From a virus (Duplodnaviria > Heunggongvirae > Uroviricota > Caudoviricetes), in IMG/VR virus record IMGVR_UViG_2778261355_000014, positions 1-43,084 of that record: DNA of 43,084 nt; one strand, written 5' to 3'. Made by a program: the position numbers and the translations under genes. Within the stretch, counting starts at the first letter, position 1, and the number at the start of each line of letters is the position of its first letter. Below the pieces are notes generated by a model that saw only the letters and a program-made list of their open reading frames with translations, did not search any database and was not told the DNA's origin. Positions 20,087-30,819 of this stretch are shown one piece after another.

Positions 20087-21346
20087 TTACTGCCCGGCAA
20101 TAACGATGCCCGTATATTCAGGAACAAGTACAGAGCAGCCGTACAGAGTGGTGAAACGCGCAGTGGTTACGCCTTTGATGTGGTCGAAGGCGTAAGACAT
20201 AATCAGCGTAGCGCCCTGCTCGGTGGTTGCCGTCATTACCTGTGGACCCTGACCAGTCGGGAACGCCAGTTTGCCGTACATCAGCTCAACAGAACCATCA
20301 GCCCAGAACAGGTTAGCAGGTGCTGCGTTCTTGTTGAGAATGGTGATTGCTGCAGTTTCTGCCGGCTTGGCATCGACGTTTGCATATGGACGGCTCGCAA
20401 CATCGGCATTTCCAACAGGGAGAATCTTTGGAGAGATTGTTACGGTGGTTCCTGCTGTGTCTACTGCCAGAACGCGGAATACCTGCGGCTGCCCGGTGGT
20501 ATCTTTGGTGATCTGGTGTACGGAATTCACACCTGCGATGGTAAACGCATCGCCAACCTGCAAGCCTTTAGCAGATACCGTAATGGTCCCCTGTCGGTTA
20601 TCAACAGGCATGCCATTTGAATCTTTCGCTTCAACCTTGTGTTCAGGTTGATTTGATACTGTCAAGGTTTCAGTGCTTCCTGCCGGTAATCGACCGGAAA
20701 TATCGGTCTTGTAGCTATCAAAGGAAGCAACCGGAGGGATCTGCGCTTTTTCGTATGCTGTCAGGGTTGCGCCCTGAGCGTAGGCACGGTGACCAAGCTC
20801 GCCAGCAAGGTCTTTGTAGTTGAATGGGTTCCAGAAAGAGCGACGGTTGATACCCTGAGGTACACCAATCGCCGTCATGGTGGCATCAATATCTGCCGCA
20901 CCATTCCACAAGGCAAGGCCCCGTGAGCCATTTTCTGAGGCAGGAATTGCGACCACGTTAGTAGCACGCTGCGTGACCATGGAAATCAGGTCAGAGTCAA
21001 TCTGTGCAGCAAGGCGCATACCTGCGGCTCGACCAGCTTCAGTTTTATGTTCCGGGTCACGCATTTCACGCGCATCCAGAGTGTACAGAATGTTTTTCGG
21101 CTCCTTGAACACAGAAGGAACAAGGCGCTGAACCAGTGCTGTTGGTGTTTTTTCGCTGAGGTCCAAGCCCTCCTCAATGTTCATGTGGTAATGCTGCGGA
21201 CGATACAGAACATCACCTGCTCGCTGCATTGCTGTATCACCGGGACGGAATTTTTTAGCGTTACGGGAAACTACGCAGGCGGCCTCAAAGCCTTCAACGT
21301 AGTTTTCGAACATGATTTCAAGGTCTTTTGCTAATTGGTTAGCCAT
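20087..21346 (-). CDS. Major capsid (coat) protein, P22 gp5-like
   Basis: 419-aa ORF following the scaffold gene; strong RBS. Confidence 0.85.
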   Translation of the reverse strand: MANQLAKDLEIMFENYVEGFEAACVVSRNAKKFRPGDTAMQRAGDVLYRPQHYHMNIEEGLDLSEKTPTALVQRLVPSVFKEPKNILYTLDAREMRDPEHKTEAGRAAGMRLAAQIDSDLISMVTQRATNVVAIPASENGSRGLALWNGAADIDATMTAIGVPQGINRRSFWNPFNYKDLAGELGHRAYAQGATLTAYEKAQIPPVASFDSYKTDISGRLPAGSTETLTVSNQPEHKVEAKDSNGMPVDNRQGTITVSAKGLQVGDAFTIAGVNSVHQITKDTTGQPQVFRVLAVDTAGTTVTISPKILPVGNADVASRPYANVDAKPAETAAITILNKNAAPANLFWADGSVELMYGKLAFPTGQGPQVMTATTEQGATLIMSYAFDHIKGVTTARFTTLYGCSVLVPEYTGIVIAGQ

Positions 21347-21364
21347 GCTTAATGCTCCGATAGG

Positions 21365-22258
21365 TTATTTTTTTGCCTTTTTAGCGGCGAAATACGGCGT
21401 CCAGTCACCAGTTTCCAGCGCCTTGGCTTTCAGTTTGTCGAGGTTATTGATTACTGCGCCGTTGCTCCCCTTAACTGTCGGGGTTGTGGCTGCCGTGGTT
21501 TTTGCTTTTGGCATGATTCTGGCCTTCGATTCGATACGTTCCAGCAGACGACCAATTGCTACGGGGTTGGTAGCTTCTGCCAGTTGCTTGCGCAGTTCAG
21601 CGTTGCGACCAAGCGCCAGAACAACGATTTCCGGCTTCTCTGACTCAAACAGGATCGCGCTTTGTGTCTCGATGGGGATTTCCTCGAGTACGGCCTGTTC
21701 TGCTTCCTGATAGCCAGGAACCTTGAGAGCCTTAACACGTTGCTGATATTTGGATAATCGCTCTTGATAGGCAGCCTGAAGCTCCTGCTCCTTCTGCTTG
21801 CGAGCCATCTCCTGTTGCTGGTACTTGCCGTTATCCTCTGCCCACTTAGCCATGCGTTGCTGGTAGATTTCTTCATCGAAACCGATGTCCTCATCGTCCA
21901 GTTTTGGCATTCGCGGTGGTTGAGTGATTACCGGCTGCTGCTCGACGGGTTTCTGAGACTGACGCATCAGCTCTTTCAGCTCGCGGTCTTTCTCTTTAAT
22001 CGTCTTGCGCAGGTGTTTTACCAGTCCATGCTCTGCGCCATCTTCGCTGGTTGGCGAATCCAGCTTTTCGTCACCAAAGTAGAATTCCTGTTCTGATTCG
22101 TCGTCATCAGTTTCAGTAGCTTCCTCTGCATCATTGCCGGAGGACTCACTGCCATCTTCTGTTTCGACTTCTTCAGCCAGTTCGACATCATCAGGAATCT
22201 GCTCTGATGTATCGGTTTCGATTTCAACTTCTGGTGTGTTTTCTGCCATCTGGTCCAT
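21365..22258 (-). CDS. Scaffolding protein, P22 gp8-like
   Basis: 297-aa highly charged protein with acidic N-terminus and helical C-terminus, between portal and coat. Confidence 0.8.
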   Translation of the reverse strand: MDQMAENTPEVEIETDTSEQIPDDVELAEEVETEDGSESSGNDAEEATETDDDESEQEFYFGDEKLDSPTSEDGAEHGLVKHLRKTIKEKDRELKELMRQSQKPVEQQPVITQPPRMPKLDDEDIGFDEEIYQQRMAKWAEDNGKYQQQEMARKQKEQELQAAYQERLSKYQQRVKALKVPGYQEAEQAVLEEIPIETQSAILFESEKPEIVVLALGRNAELRKQLAEATNPVAIGRLLERIESKARIMPKAKTTAATTPTVKGSNGAVINNLDKLKAKALETGDWTPYFAAKKAKK

Positions 22259-22348
22259 TTGTTACCCCTGTTTACTCGATGTTCAGCCCATCGGAAGGCA
22301 ATAGGGTGCCAGGCCTCATAAAGACAGCCATTGCACGTTATGGGTTAA

Positions 22349-24547
22349 TTACTGCTGTGGTTGTTGCTGAGTTGATTTTTGCAGGATGCTGTTGATGTCC
22401 ATGCGCTGCGCATGGCCCTGCGCCTGACTCTTCAGGACAAGCTCTGCATCAGCACGGGCATTGTCTCCTTGCTGTTGCTGGAACTGTCCGAGCAGTTTCA
22501 GAGCCTCGCGGATATCAGATTTCTGCTGACTATCGGCAGATGCGAGGATTTTCACAACATTTGCCGCAGCAACCTGAGCATCAGTCTGTGCCTGGAATGC
22601 TTTAACCTGAATGGCTGCCTGTTCGTTCTGCGCTTTCTGCAATTCAGCCTGACCAGCCAGAAGCTGACCTTGCGCTGCAACCATAGCCGGATCCGGCTGA
22701 CTGGCCTGTTGTTGTTTCGCCTGCTCAACCATCTGCTGTTCTTCTGGTGTTCTCGGCTTGATAACTCCAGACAGAAGCAACTGATTGCGGTTGTATTCTT
22801 TCAGGTCTTCCATCCCTTCGCCGTCCATATTGTCGAGAATAAGAGACGATACAAGGTCATGCTTCGGCGTTCCCGGTGGGATAAGTGCCAGCATGGAAAG
22901 TAACGACTTAACCGTTGCATCACGGCGAGTAGCGAACGACTGACCAACATCGACAGTCACTTCATAGTTACCCTGCGAAAGGTTGTTAAGAGCGATAACC
23001 TGCCCTGTCTGACGGTCAACCACTTCACCAGTCATCAGCGCCACGTCATCGCTGCCGTCCTCATTAACGATACGCATCGGCGTATCACTTCCATAGACCT
23101 CACGCGCCATAGAAAGCCACACAACGCCAGCGCGACGCATGGATTTAGCCATGTTGTCCATGTAGATATAGGACTGCGTGTCCATCCGGTTAAAAATGCT
23201 ATCAACGGTATCGGTGGCGACGTTGCTCGGCATGTTCTCAAGCTGCGACGCACCTGTAATTTGCTGAATAGCCGTTCCGGTGTACTGCAATAGCCCGGCA
23301 AGAGCAGGAGGCATTTGTGTCGGAGGTGTCCAGCCAGCAACCTGAGCCTCTGAAATGACCGTTCCGTTTTTGTCCTTCTTGCTGGTCATGGGAAGAACTG
23401 CAGGTCTTTTCTTATTCCTCTCTGCCCAGTGATTCATTAATGGACCGGGAATGAAATCAACATCCACGATAGGAATGCCATCACCGCCAGCCTGAGTAGC
23501 GTTATCTGCAATCATGGAAACCATCAGGTTCTCAAGACGCTGTGCATCCATCGCTTTTGCAGCGTGGCCTTCGATTCGCTCCTGATTATCAACAAATGAG
23601 CGACGCCCATATACCGGGATGAGAGGAATATGTTCGCCAGGAATACGCTTCGGTTCTTCCAGCCATTCAGCGCCAGAAAGAAGACCGCAATAAACTCGGC
23701 GTTTCTTCACTGTCCGCTCGCCAATCAGTTCGAATGCGCCATCGGTTAGCTCGTCGACAATATCTTTGATTTGCTCTTCATCATAGATTGCCGTTTCTCC
23801 GCTAACAGGGTTGCGCCACGCCGTGAGCTTCACCTTCTCTATGCGAACTTCGTAGTAGCGTCCAACATAGATGGCATCGGGCGTTGACCAGTCATATTGA
23901 GTGCCAGTGTCATCACGAGAAAGGCTTGCCGCGGTGGAATCAGGGTATTCAGCCTCGAACGCTTTGGGCGTCATGGAGAACATTTCCATAGCCCACATAG
24001 CATCAGAGCGGTCATATTGCTTGCTGTCCTGATCGAAGAAGACGCATGTCGCCGGGTCGTAAACAGGAAGAAGGCTGATGCGTCGCTGCTCGTTACTTGG
24101 GTCCATTTCATCTTCGTAATCGGCACACATGCGGAAACAACCGAATCCGCCTGTTACAGCATCATCAAATGCGTTATCACACGCTTCGCCACCGGATGTT
24201 TCCTGATAGTCAGCGCGGAATTTGCCGTTCATCTTTTCGGCTAACGCTTCCGATGCCTTATCGTCCTTCGGCCTGAATTTAACGCTGATGCGATTCTGTC
24301 GATACTCGCCAATGATGCGATCACATTCACGGGAAATCTTATTCAGTTCAAAGCGCGGGTAATGCTCAAACCTGCCTTCATCAAATGAGTAACCAGCGTT
24401 TGTGCTGCCTTCCCACTGTGCGCCGGACACCCGGACGAAACGTTGAGCCTCAATAATCTGCTCACGCATATCCTGCGTTGCTGACCAGGCATTATCAAAG
24501 TTGCACAGCACCTTGCGATGCCAGTCAGTCATCTTTTTTTCTGCCAT
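22349..24547 (-). CDS. Portal protein, P22 gp1-like
   Basis: 732-aa ORF after TerL; Gln-rich helical C-terminal tail typical of P22-like portal barrel. Confidence 0.85.
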   Translation of the reverse strand: MAEKKMTDWHRKVLCNFDNAWSATQDMREQIIEAQRFVRVSGAQWEGSTNAGYSFDEGRFEHYPRFELNKISRECDRIIGEYRQNRISVKFRPKDDKASEALAEKMNGKFRADYQETSGGEACDNAFDDAVTGGFGCFRMCADYEDEMDPSNEQRRISLLPVYDPATCVFFDQDSKQYDRSDAMWAMEMFSMTPKAFEAEYPDSTAASLSRDDTGTQYDWSTPDAIYVGRYYEVRIEKVKLTAWRNPVSGETAIYDEEQIKDIVDELTDGAFELIGERTVKKRRVYCGLLSGAEWLEEPKRIPGEHIPLIPVYGRRSFVDNQERIEGHAAKAMDAQRLENLMVSMIADNATQAGGDGIPIVDVDFIPGPLMNHWAERNKKRPAVLPMTSKKDKNGTVISEAQVAGWTPPTQMPPALAGLLQYTGTAIQQITGASQLENMPSNVATDTVDSIFNRMDTQSYIYMDNMAKSMRRAGVVWLSMAREVYGSDTPMRIVNEDGSDDVALMTGEVVDRQTGQVIALNNLSQGNYEVTVDVGQSFATRRDATVKSLLSMLALIPPGTPKHDLVSSLILDNMDGEGMEDLKEYNRNQLLLSGVIKPRTPEEQQMVEQAKQQQASQPDPAMVAAQGQLLAGQAELQKAQNEQAAIQVKAFQAQTDAQVAAANVVKILASADSQQKSDIREALKLLGQFQQQQGDNARADAELVLKSQAQGHAQRMDINSILQKSTQQQPQQ

Positions 24548-24548
24548 T

Positions 24549-25964
24549 TCAACCTACACCACAAGGAATTGAGTAACTGGAATAGTCGGGTTGCGCAGCC
24601 GACTCCGGGCAATGCATACACATCATCAGCGCATCAGCCAGGTTAGGAGATGGAATACCGAGCTTCTGCTTCATTTCGACCTTAGTCATAAGCTCCAGCT
24701 TCCCGTTGTTATTGAATTTGCGCTGAATCTGCGTCAGTTCTGCAAACAGCTTCTCCAGCATCTTCTCGCCTATCGCTTCTTTGTCGAAACTCAGCATGTC
24801 GTCGGGGTCTGCATACTCACCGTGGACAACCGCCCGATATGTCAGATACAGCCTGTCAGCCAGCGCGTAATAGAATTGCGCTCGCTTATTGCGGAACACA
24901 TCACCAATAGTGCGAACGTTGTCGCCCTGTACGACTTCATCAGCCCATGCTCCGGCCTGATACGGCGCATCTTCATCGAATGGCGATTCGCTGCCCTTGA
25001 ACATCGTGGCGGTGATTTTCTTGCCGGAGAACGCTTCCGTTGTCTGTCTGCGTAGCCCGGCACCAACACCATCACCATCCCACAGGTAATGGTCAGAGCC
25101 GTCTTCAATCGCCAGCGAAGTAGCCCAGTCAGCACCCTCGTTGATGTCCATCAGCAGACCTTCGGCAATGCGCTTAACTACCGAACCGTGACGCGATGCA
25201 TAACCTTTAGCATCTGGCCCTGTATCTGATGGGTCATGCGCAGAAACAACAGCGCCTTTCGCTTTCCATCCGAGTTTCTTGTGCGCATCGGTTGCAGCTT
25301 CAAGCCATTCTCGTTTGATGATTGCCATATCACTTGCGCTTACCGGCTCACCAAGCCAGATGTGACGATACAGTGTCGGATTTCTGCGTTTACACTCTTC
25401 CATCTCCAGACGGAGAACTTCAGGAAAATGCGGATTGTCGGTGTAGTTCACGGTTAGCAGACAAATATCATCGGGAGGATTTACGACGAATCGCTGATAG
25501 GTATCGTCGAGGATGTTTTTCGGGTTAAAGCTCACCCATATTTCGGAAAACGGCTTGCGGATGGTTGGTATCAGGATATCCCATGATTCCTTCGTTACCG
25601 CTTCCGCTTCTTCCACCCAGCAGATATCAATGCCTTCGAGCGATTTAATCTTCGTCGGGTTGTTTTTGATGCCGTAGAACATGAACTCAGCATTCGTTCC
25701 GAGATGACGAATCATGGAACGCTGAATTTCAAACTCAGCCGAATACCCTTCACGCTCGATGGTATCTTCAAGCAACCGGATTACCGAATCGCTGATACTG
25801 TTTTGCAGTTCACGAGCGCAGAGAATACGCACAGGCTGCCGACGCGCCGCTTCAACAAGCAGCCTCGCAATTGCCCATGATTTGCCGCTACCTCGACCGC
25901 CTTTGGCGACTTTGTAGCGATGCGCCTCAATGAACGGTTCAAAGATAGGATTAATCGAGGTCAT
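24549..25964 (-). CDS. Terminase large subunit
   Basis: Walker A VAKGGRGSGKSWAIA near N-terminus; 471 aa; Sf6/P22-like as recalled. Confidence 0.9.
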   Translation of the reverse strand: MTSINPIFEPFIEAHRYKVAKGGRGSGKSWAIARLLVEAARRQPVRILCARELQNSISDSVIRLLEDTIEREGYSAEFEIQRSMIRHLGTNAEFMFYGIKNNPTKIKSLEGIDICWVEEAEAVTKESWDILIPTIRKPFSEIWVSFNPKNILDDTYQRFVVNPPDDICLLTVNYTDNPHFPEVLRLEMEECKRRNPTLYRHIWLGEPVSASDMAIIKREWLEAATDAHKKLGWKAKGAVVSAHDPSDTGPDAKGYASRHGSVVKRIAEGLLMDINEGADWATSLAIEDGSDHYLWDGDGVGAGLRRQTTEAFSGKKITATMFKGSESPFDEDAPYQAGAWADEVVQGDNVRTIGDVFRNKRAQFYYALADRLYLTYRAVVHGEYADPDDMLSFDKEAIGEKMLEKLFAELTQIQRKFNNNGKLELMTKVEMKQKLGIPSPNLADALMMCMHCPESAAQPDYSSYSIPCGVG

Positions 25965-26401
25965 TTTCCGAATAGAGTGCTCATCGGTGATGTTTCAATC
26001 TGGATTGCGCCGCCGTCTTTGCCTGTTAGCTCGTGATCAACCTTGTCGCGCCATTTATCCTTCTGTCGGTTCTTAAGCCAGAAAATGGCAGCAGTTGTAT
26101 CAGGCGGGTAATACTTCTCAAGCGGAGTTTCGACAATTCTGTTTTCAATAACACGAATATCGATATCTGGAGCCACGAAGCCCATAGCGCGTTGATAAAG
26201 ACGATCACTAACTTCTGCATCAGCGACGGCCTTACCCTTTTTTATGGACTCCGAAAACTTAGGATAATCAAGCTTCCACTTGTTAATAGTTGACTCACTG
26301 ACCTCAAAGAAATCAGCAAGTTCTGCATCGGTGTAGCCCAGCAAGCACAGTTTGCGTGCCTGTTCGGCATACGCCTCTTGATACTTTGTTGGGCGCGCCA
26401 T
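25961..26401 (-). CDS. Terminase small subunit
   Basis: 146 aa with N-terminal HTH-like LGYTDAELADFFEVSESTINKWK; start/stop overlap with TerL. Confidence 0.8.
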   Translation of the reverse strand: MARPTKYQEAYAEQARKLCLLGYTDAELADFFEVSESTINKWKLDYPKFSESIKKGKAVADAEVSDRLYQRAMGFVAPDIDIRVIENRIVETPLEKYYPPDTTAAIFWLKNRQKDKWRDKVDHELTGKDGGAIQIETSPMSTLFGK

Positions 26402-26403
26402 GT

Positions 26404-26646
26404 TTATGCTCCGGTAGTGAACAGGTCTAACGCTTCCTTCGATTTACGCACCGCTTCGATAGTGCGGGTCGTGATATCTGAATTAGCGCCACCTGACTGG
26501 AAGTGAATTTTGAATAGCTCAAGCTTCAGTTCGTCAGTGCCAATGAACTGAAATGCTTCCTCTGCTGCTGCGTTCTGGTTCATGACCAGCTTGTAAATCT
26601 CTAACTGGAATTTCTGTTCTTCAGTCATGGGAATAATCTCTGCCAT
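26404..26646 (-). CDS. Hypothetical 80-aa protein upstream of terminase
   Basis: ORF directly abutting terS. Confidence 0.45.
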   Translation of the reverse strand: MAEIIPMTEEQKFQLEIYKLVMNQNAAAEEAFQFIGTDELKLELFKIHFQSGGANSDITTRTIEAVRKSKEALDLFTTGA

Positions 26647-26902
26647 TGTTGGCTCCGTTTATCCGTTAAAAGGGATATCAGTTAAGTTATCCCGTGTAGG
26701 GTATAAGCCATTGTCGAGACCACTCATTGAATGGTCTCTGCAATAACCGATGTCTTTCCATCAGTCCGCCACCACAAAGAATCTTTTTTGCCATCAGGCA
26801 GGAGGTTCATCTTTCAGTGGCTGCCAGTGTTATTTCCCCACTTACTGGCTTGGGTTGTTTCGCGGTACTGCCGTAATGCAAAAACTGGATTAACCTGCGA
26901 AA

Positions 26903-27433
26903 TCACACCATTCCGGGCAAATACATTTGCACTTCATTTGCCGCTCTCTCACGTGCAACATGAAGCAATCTTTTTCGCCCACCAACGCCCCACTTAGCCA
27001 TTTGGCTTGCGCACTGGCTTATCGCTTTGGTTTCAGTATTGATGATGTGATCGATTCTATTCAGACGGGACATTGCGCCAACGCCGAGACGGACAACCGT
27101 TTTGAAAACTTCATAAACTTCGATTTCAAATTCCGGCTTAATCCATGCTGCATATCTGATTGCCAGAAGTTCAACACCCCACACACCTGGTTCTGCACCA
27201 CCTTTGATTATTTTAAGTGGTTGAATTTGTTCCAAAGTGCTTTTTTGCACTTTGGCCTCCAGTGCTTTTATGAAGCGTTTTATCTGCGCGCTACGCAAAA
27301 ACTGGCTTGGGCGCTGTTGCTCTGTAGCCTCTCCATTTGCAACTGCTGCTGCATGGAGATCGTTTAAGTTGTAGCGTCCATCCTCATCAACACGAACGGA
27401 CACACCATTGACAATAACTGTTGGGTACTTCAT
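26903..27433 (-). CDS. KilA-N domain protein
   Basis: N-terminal VIVNGVSVRVDEDGRYNLNDLHAAA motif typical of KilA-N. Confidence 0.6.
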   Translation of the reverse strand: MKYPTVIVNGVSVRVDEDGRYNLNDLHAAAVANGEATEQQRPSQFLRSAQIKRFIKALEAKVQKSTLEQIQPLKIIKGGAEPGVWGVELLAIRYAAWIKPEFEIEVYEVFKTVVRLGVGAMSRLNRIDHIINTETKAISQCASQMAKWGVGGRKRLLHVARERAANEVQMYLPGMV

Positions 27434-27778
27434 CAGTGATTACCTTTTAGTGATGAACCTTGTCACACAGGATTCCGGCCCACAGAAAGGCACCGATTAC
27501 CAAACCGGCATCCTCAAGGGTCATCCTGAAAGGCTCTGTGTTCATAAGTCGCGCGTGTGAAGCGCGTTTGTTGCAGATATAAAAAAGCCCCGCGAATGCG
27601 AGGCTAAATCCTGGTATTTGTAATGACTGGCTCTTATCTCAACGCAGCCCCTTACCGCGCGCCATATGCTTAACTTCAAGCATCAGCAATGAGATGTTTA
27701 ATCTGGTTTCACTCCAGAAGTGATCACCACCCTGTCTACAGAGCCAGATGTGAAGGATGATGAGTAAAATTATCGCTA

Positions 27779-28216
27779 TCATCGAAGGCATTGCGTCCTG
27801 ATGTACTCCTGCAGGTAGTTAACCTGCGCGGTTATCCTGTCGATTCCACTTCTGAGACGGTAATAATTGAGTTCAGCATCTGCTGTAAGTCTTGGGCTTT
27901 CTCCATCGCCCATGCTGCTGGCTCCGGTCGTTGACTTTGCACAGGTGGCGGCGACTTGCAGGCGCTTACGACCAGCAGAAACATCAGCACGGAGACTTTC
28001 GATAGTCGCGTTAGCATCAGCAAGCTCCTTTGTGTATCTGGCGTCGAGTTCTGCTACATCACGTTGACGCTTCTGCATGTCAGCAATTGTGGATGCGGCC
28101 TTATCGCGCTGCTCTTTGTAGGCGATGGCGTTATCACGGTAGTGATTAACAGCCCATGACAGGCAAACGATGATGCAGATAACCAGAGCGGAGATAATCG
28201 CGGTGACTCTGCTCAT
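27779..28216 (-). CDS. Rz: i-spanin Rz
   Basis: [31 protein letters not shown]... matches lambda Rz as recalled. Confidence 0.95.
   Translation of the reverse strand: MSRVTAIISALVICIIVCLSWAVNHYRDNAIAYKEQRDKAASTIADMQKRQRDVAELDARYTKELADANATIESLRADVSAGRKRLQVAATCAKSTTGASSMGDGESPRLTADAELNYYRLRSGIDRITAQVNYLQEYIRTQCLR
27832..28023 (-). CDS. Rz1: o-spanin Rz1 (embedded in Rz, +1 frame)
   Basis: Lipobox VVSAC followed by proline-rich segment; nested within Rz as in lambda. Confidence 0.85.
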   Translation of the reverse strand: MLMLTRLSKVSVLMFLLVVSACKSPPPVQSQRPEPAAWAMEKAQDLQQMLNSIITVSEVESTG

Positions 28217-28689
28217 ACCTCAATCTCTCTGACCGTTCCGCCTGCTTCTTTAAATTTTGCAATCAGGTTGTCAGCCTTATGCTCGAACTGACCATAACCA
28301 GCACCCGGCAGTGAAGCCCAGATATTGCTGCAACGGTCGATTGCCTGACGAATATCACCGCGGTCAATCATCGGTAAAGCGCCACGCTCTTTAATCTGCT
28401 GCAATGCCACAGCGTCCTGGCTTTTCGGAGAGAAGTCTTTCAGGCCAAGCTGCTTACGATAGGCATCCCACCAACGGGAAAGAAGCTGGTAACGTCCGGC
28501 TGCTGTTGATTTGAGTTTGGGGTTTAGCGTGACAAGTTTGCGAGGGTGATCGGAGTAATCAGTGAATAGCTCCCCGCCAACAATGACGTCATAACCATGA
28601 TTTCTGGTTTTCTGCCGTCCGTTATCAGTTCCCTCTGACCACGCCAGCATATCGAGGAACGCCTTACGTTGATTATTGATTTCCACCAT
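28213..28689 (-). CDS. R: Endolysin R (lytic transglycosylase)
   Basis: [39 protein letters not shown]... near-identical to lambda R as recalled. Confidence 0.97.
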   Translation of the reverse strand: MVEINNQRKAFLDMLAWSEGTDNGRQKTRNHGYDVIVGGELFTDYSDHPRKLVTLNPKLKSTAAGRYQLLSRWWDAYRKQLGLKDFSPKSQDAVALQQIKERGALPMIDRGDIRQAIDRCSNIWASLPGAGYGQFEHKADNLIAKFKEAGGTVREIEV

Positions 28690-28996
28690 CTTCTACTCCG
28701 GCTTTTTTAGCAGCGAATCGTTTGATAAGCGAACCAATCGAGTCAGTACCGATGTAGCCGATGAACACGCTCGTTATATAAGCGAGATTGCTACTTAGTC
28801 CGGCGAAGTCGAGAAGGTCACGAATGAACCAGGCGATAATGGCGCACATCGTTGCGTCGATTACTGTTTTTGTAAACGCACCGCCATTATATCTGCCGCG
28901 AAGGTACGCCATTGCAAACGCAAGGATTGCCCCGATGCCTTGTTCCTTTGCCGCGAGAATGGCGGCTAACAGGTCATGTTTTTCTGGCATCTTCAT
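28673..28996 (-). CDS. S: Holin S
   Basis: [39 protein letters not shown]... near-identical to lambda S including dual-start MKM. Confidence 0.97.
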   Translation of the reverse strand: MKMPEKHDLLAAILAAKEQGIGAILAFAMAYLRGRYNGGAFTKTVIDATMCAIIAWFIRDLLDFAGLSSNLAYITSVFIGYIGTDSIGSLIKRFAAKKAGVEDGGNQ

Positions 28997-29238
28997 GTCT
29001 TACCCACAATAAGGGGATTTGCTCTATTTAATTAGGAATAATGTCGATTACTGATAGAACAAATCCAGGCTACTGTGTTTAGTAATCAGATTTGTTCGTG
29101 ACCGATATGCACGGGCAAAACGGCAGGAGGTTGTTAGCGCAGCCTCTTGCCACCCGCTTTCACGAAGGTCATGCGTAGAATGCCGCAGCGTAACTATCAC
29201 TGATGAATTCAGGATAGCCAGTGGCTACGGCTCAGTTA

Positions 29239-29314
29239 TGGTGCTGGTTAACGGACTTGAACCGCTACCCATTCGCTTACAAGGCGACTGCTCTACCATT
29301 GGAGCTAAACCAGC
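29239..29314 (-). tRNA. Phage tRNA, predicted tRNA-Thr (anticodon TGT)
   Basis: Hand-folded cloverleaf: acceptor GCTGGTT/AACCAGC, D-arm GCTC-CAATGGTA-GAGC, anticodon loop CTTGTAA, T-arm AGCGG-TTCAAGT-CCGTT, encoded CCA; one G-A mismatch at the anticodon stem base. Confidence 0.6.
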
Positions 29315-29319
29315 ATATT

Positions 29320-29394
29320 TGGCGGGACAGCGTGGACTCGAACCACGATAAGAAGGTTAACAGCCTTCCGTAATGACCTTTATACGACTGACCC
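29320..29394 (-). tRNA. Phage tRNA-like gene, predicted anticodon GTT (Asn), degenerate D-arm
   Basis: Perfect T-arm CGTGG-TTCGAGT-CCACG and anticodon arm GAAGG-CTGTTAA-CCTTC, encoded CCA; T-T mismatch in acceptor stem and weak D-stem. Confidence 0.45.
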
Positions 29395-29484
29395 AAATAA
29401 AAAAAGCACCGTTGCAACTTAAGAGTCACTAACGGCAGCTTATGCCAATAGTGTTGCTCATTTGCTCAATGATGTCAACACGTT

Positions 29485-29973
29485 CTATGCTACATGTTTA
29501 ATTTTCTCTACACGTTTCCGATTTTTAAACGCACTATCCAGAACCGGGTAAATCATAAACAACGAGGCATTAAGGATTTCGTCAACTTCCCGTCGACAGG
29601 TTGCGAGCGATGGTTTTTGAATGCGCCCGCCGCCACGGCATAACATCTTGCGAGGTCTTGCGACGCGATGATAGTAAGATGCAATGGCGTGCTTGGAAGA
29701 GCCATGAGCGTAGTAGCTGAGGAGGATTCCAAAGGCTTTCTTGTCAATGTACATGACGGAATCGACGACCTGAGAAATCAACATTCCATCATCATCATTA
29801 CACATTGGCCTTGTCATAACTCTTCCCGGCTCTACGCTCTCCATGAACTTAGCTATTACGCTGCTCATGCGCTTTTCCAGACGACCTGAATAAACCCATG
29901 CTCCCCACAGTTCAAGCCAGCCATTCAGCCACTCGTGCTGCTCTTTGGTGAGGTTTAGTTCTCTTATGCCCAT
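29485..29973 (-). CDS. Late-gene antiterminator Q (DUF1133-type)
   Basis: 162 aa with [12 protein letters not shown] and [15 protein letters not shown] motifs resembling E. coli prophage QuuD-type Q as recalled; sits directly upstream of the lysis cassette. Confidence 0.7.
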   Translation of the reverse strand: MGIRELNLTKEQHEWLNGWLELWGAWVYSGRLEKRMSSVIAKFMESVEPGRVMTRPMCNDDDGMLISQVVDSVMYIDKKAFGILLSYYAHGSSKHAIASYYHRVARPRKMLCRGGGRIQKPSLATCRREVDEILNASLFMIYPVLDSAFKNRKRVEKIKHVA

Positions 29974-30635
29974 GCGCCTTCTCCCTGTACCTGAATCAAT
30001 GTGAGGTTTCCGCAGAACACTGCGCCGGTATCGATATACATCTGGTTGGCAAATTTGAGTGGTTTCACTGCTGGCGTATGACCAAAGATGAGCGTGTCCG
30101 CGCCTTTGATTTCTTTCACGATCCCGTCTTGTGAGTTGCTGATTCGTTCGCGGTTCCAGATTACCTGCTGATGATCAACTGGCTTTCCAAACTCGTATTC
30201 GTCACAGGGATAATCGGCGTGGCAGATGACATATTTTTTACCTTCGCTCACCAGTTCGATGATTAACGGAAGTTCATCTGCTTTATGGGCAAGAGCTTTA
30301 GCCAGAATTTCTTTGTCGTAATCGAGATTAAAGAACCAGCCACCGCCATTAAACAGCCAGTGATTGACGTTTCCACGCTCTGATAAGCCATCAATCATCA
30401 TTTGCTCATGGTTTCCACGTACAGCTCGGAACCAGGGGAATGTGATTAATTCCAGACATTCGACGTTCTCTGTACCGCGATCAACCAAATCGCCCACCGA
30501 GATAAGCAGGTCTTTTTTGGTGTCGAATCCTATCGTCTCCAGTTTTTTCATCAGGTTCGTGTAGCATCCGTGCAGATCGCCAACTACCCAAACATTTCGG
30601 TATTTGCTGCCATCAATTCTTTCGTAATAGCGCAT
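29964..30635 (-). CDS. Ser/Thr protein phosphatase (lambda PPase / NinI-like)
   Basis: From [32 protein letters not shown]; metallophosphatase GDLHG, GDLVDRG, GNHE motifs; ORF track start is an upstream extension. Confidence 0.95.
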   Translation of the reverse strand: MRYYERIDGSKYRNVWVVGDLHGCYTNLMKKLETIGFDTKKDLLISVGDLVDRGTENVECLELITFPWFRAVRGNHEQMMIDGLSERGNVNHWLFNGGGWFFNLDYDKEILAKALAHKADELPLIIELVSEGKKYVICHADYPCDEYEFGKPVDHQQVIWNRERISNSQDGIVKEIKGADTLIFGHTPAVKPLKFANQMYIDTGAVFCGNLTLIQVQGEGAWA

Positions 30636-30819
30636 CTCTTTCACTCCATCCGCGATGAACCATGAGAACGTCGTTGACGATGGCGTGCATTTTCCCGTCT
30701 TTATCATCAACGTATTTTCTTACCGTGCCACGACTACATTTCAGTCTGCGTGCTACTTCTGTCTGGTTTCCGTATGCTTCAACGAGCATGTCTGGAATGG
30801 TTTTTACTGAGAACGTCAT
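30613..30819 (-). CDS. ninH: NinH
   Basis: [37 protein letters not shown]... matches lambda NinH as recalled. Confidence 0.95.
   Translation of the reverse strand: MTFSVKTIPDMLVEAYGNQTEVARRLKCSRGTVRKYVDDKDGKMHAIVNDVLMVHRGWSERDALLRKN

Noticed and set aside
28997-29484. Possible Shiga toxin or other toxin cargo between Q and S
   Set aside because: The interval holds only the two tRNA-like genes and late promoter region; no ORF of toxin size.
29964-30710. 248-aa PPase ORF start at 30710
   Set aside because: Lambda PPase starts at MRYY; the upstream 25 codons overlap ninH and are unlikely to be translated.
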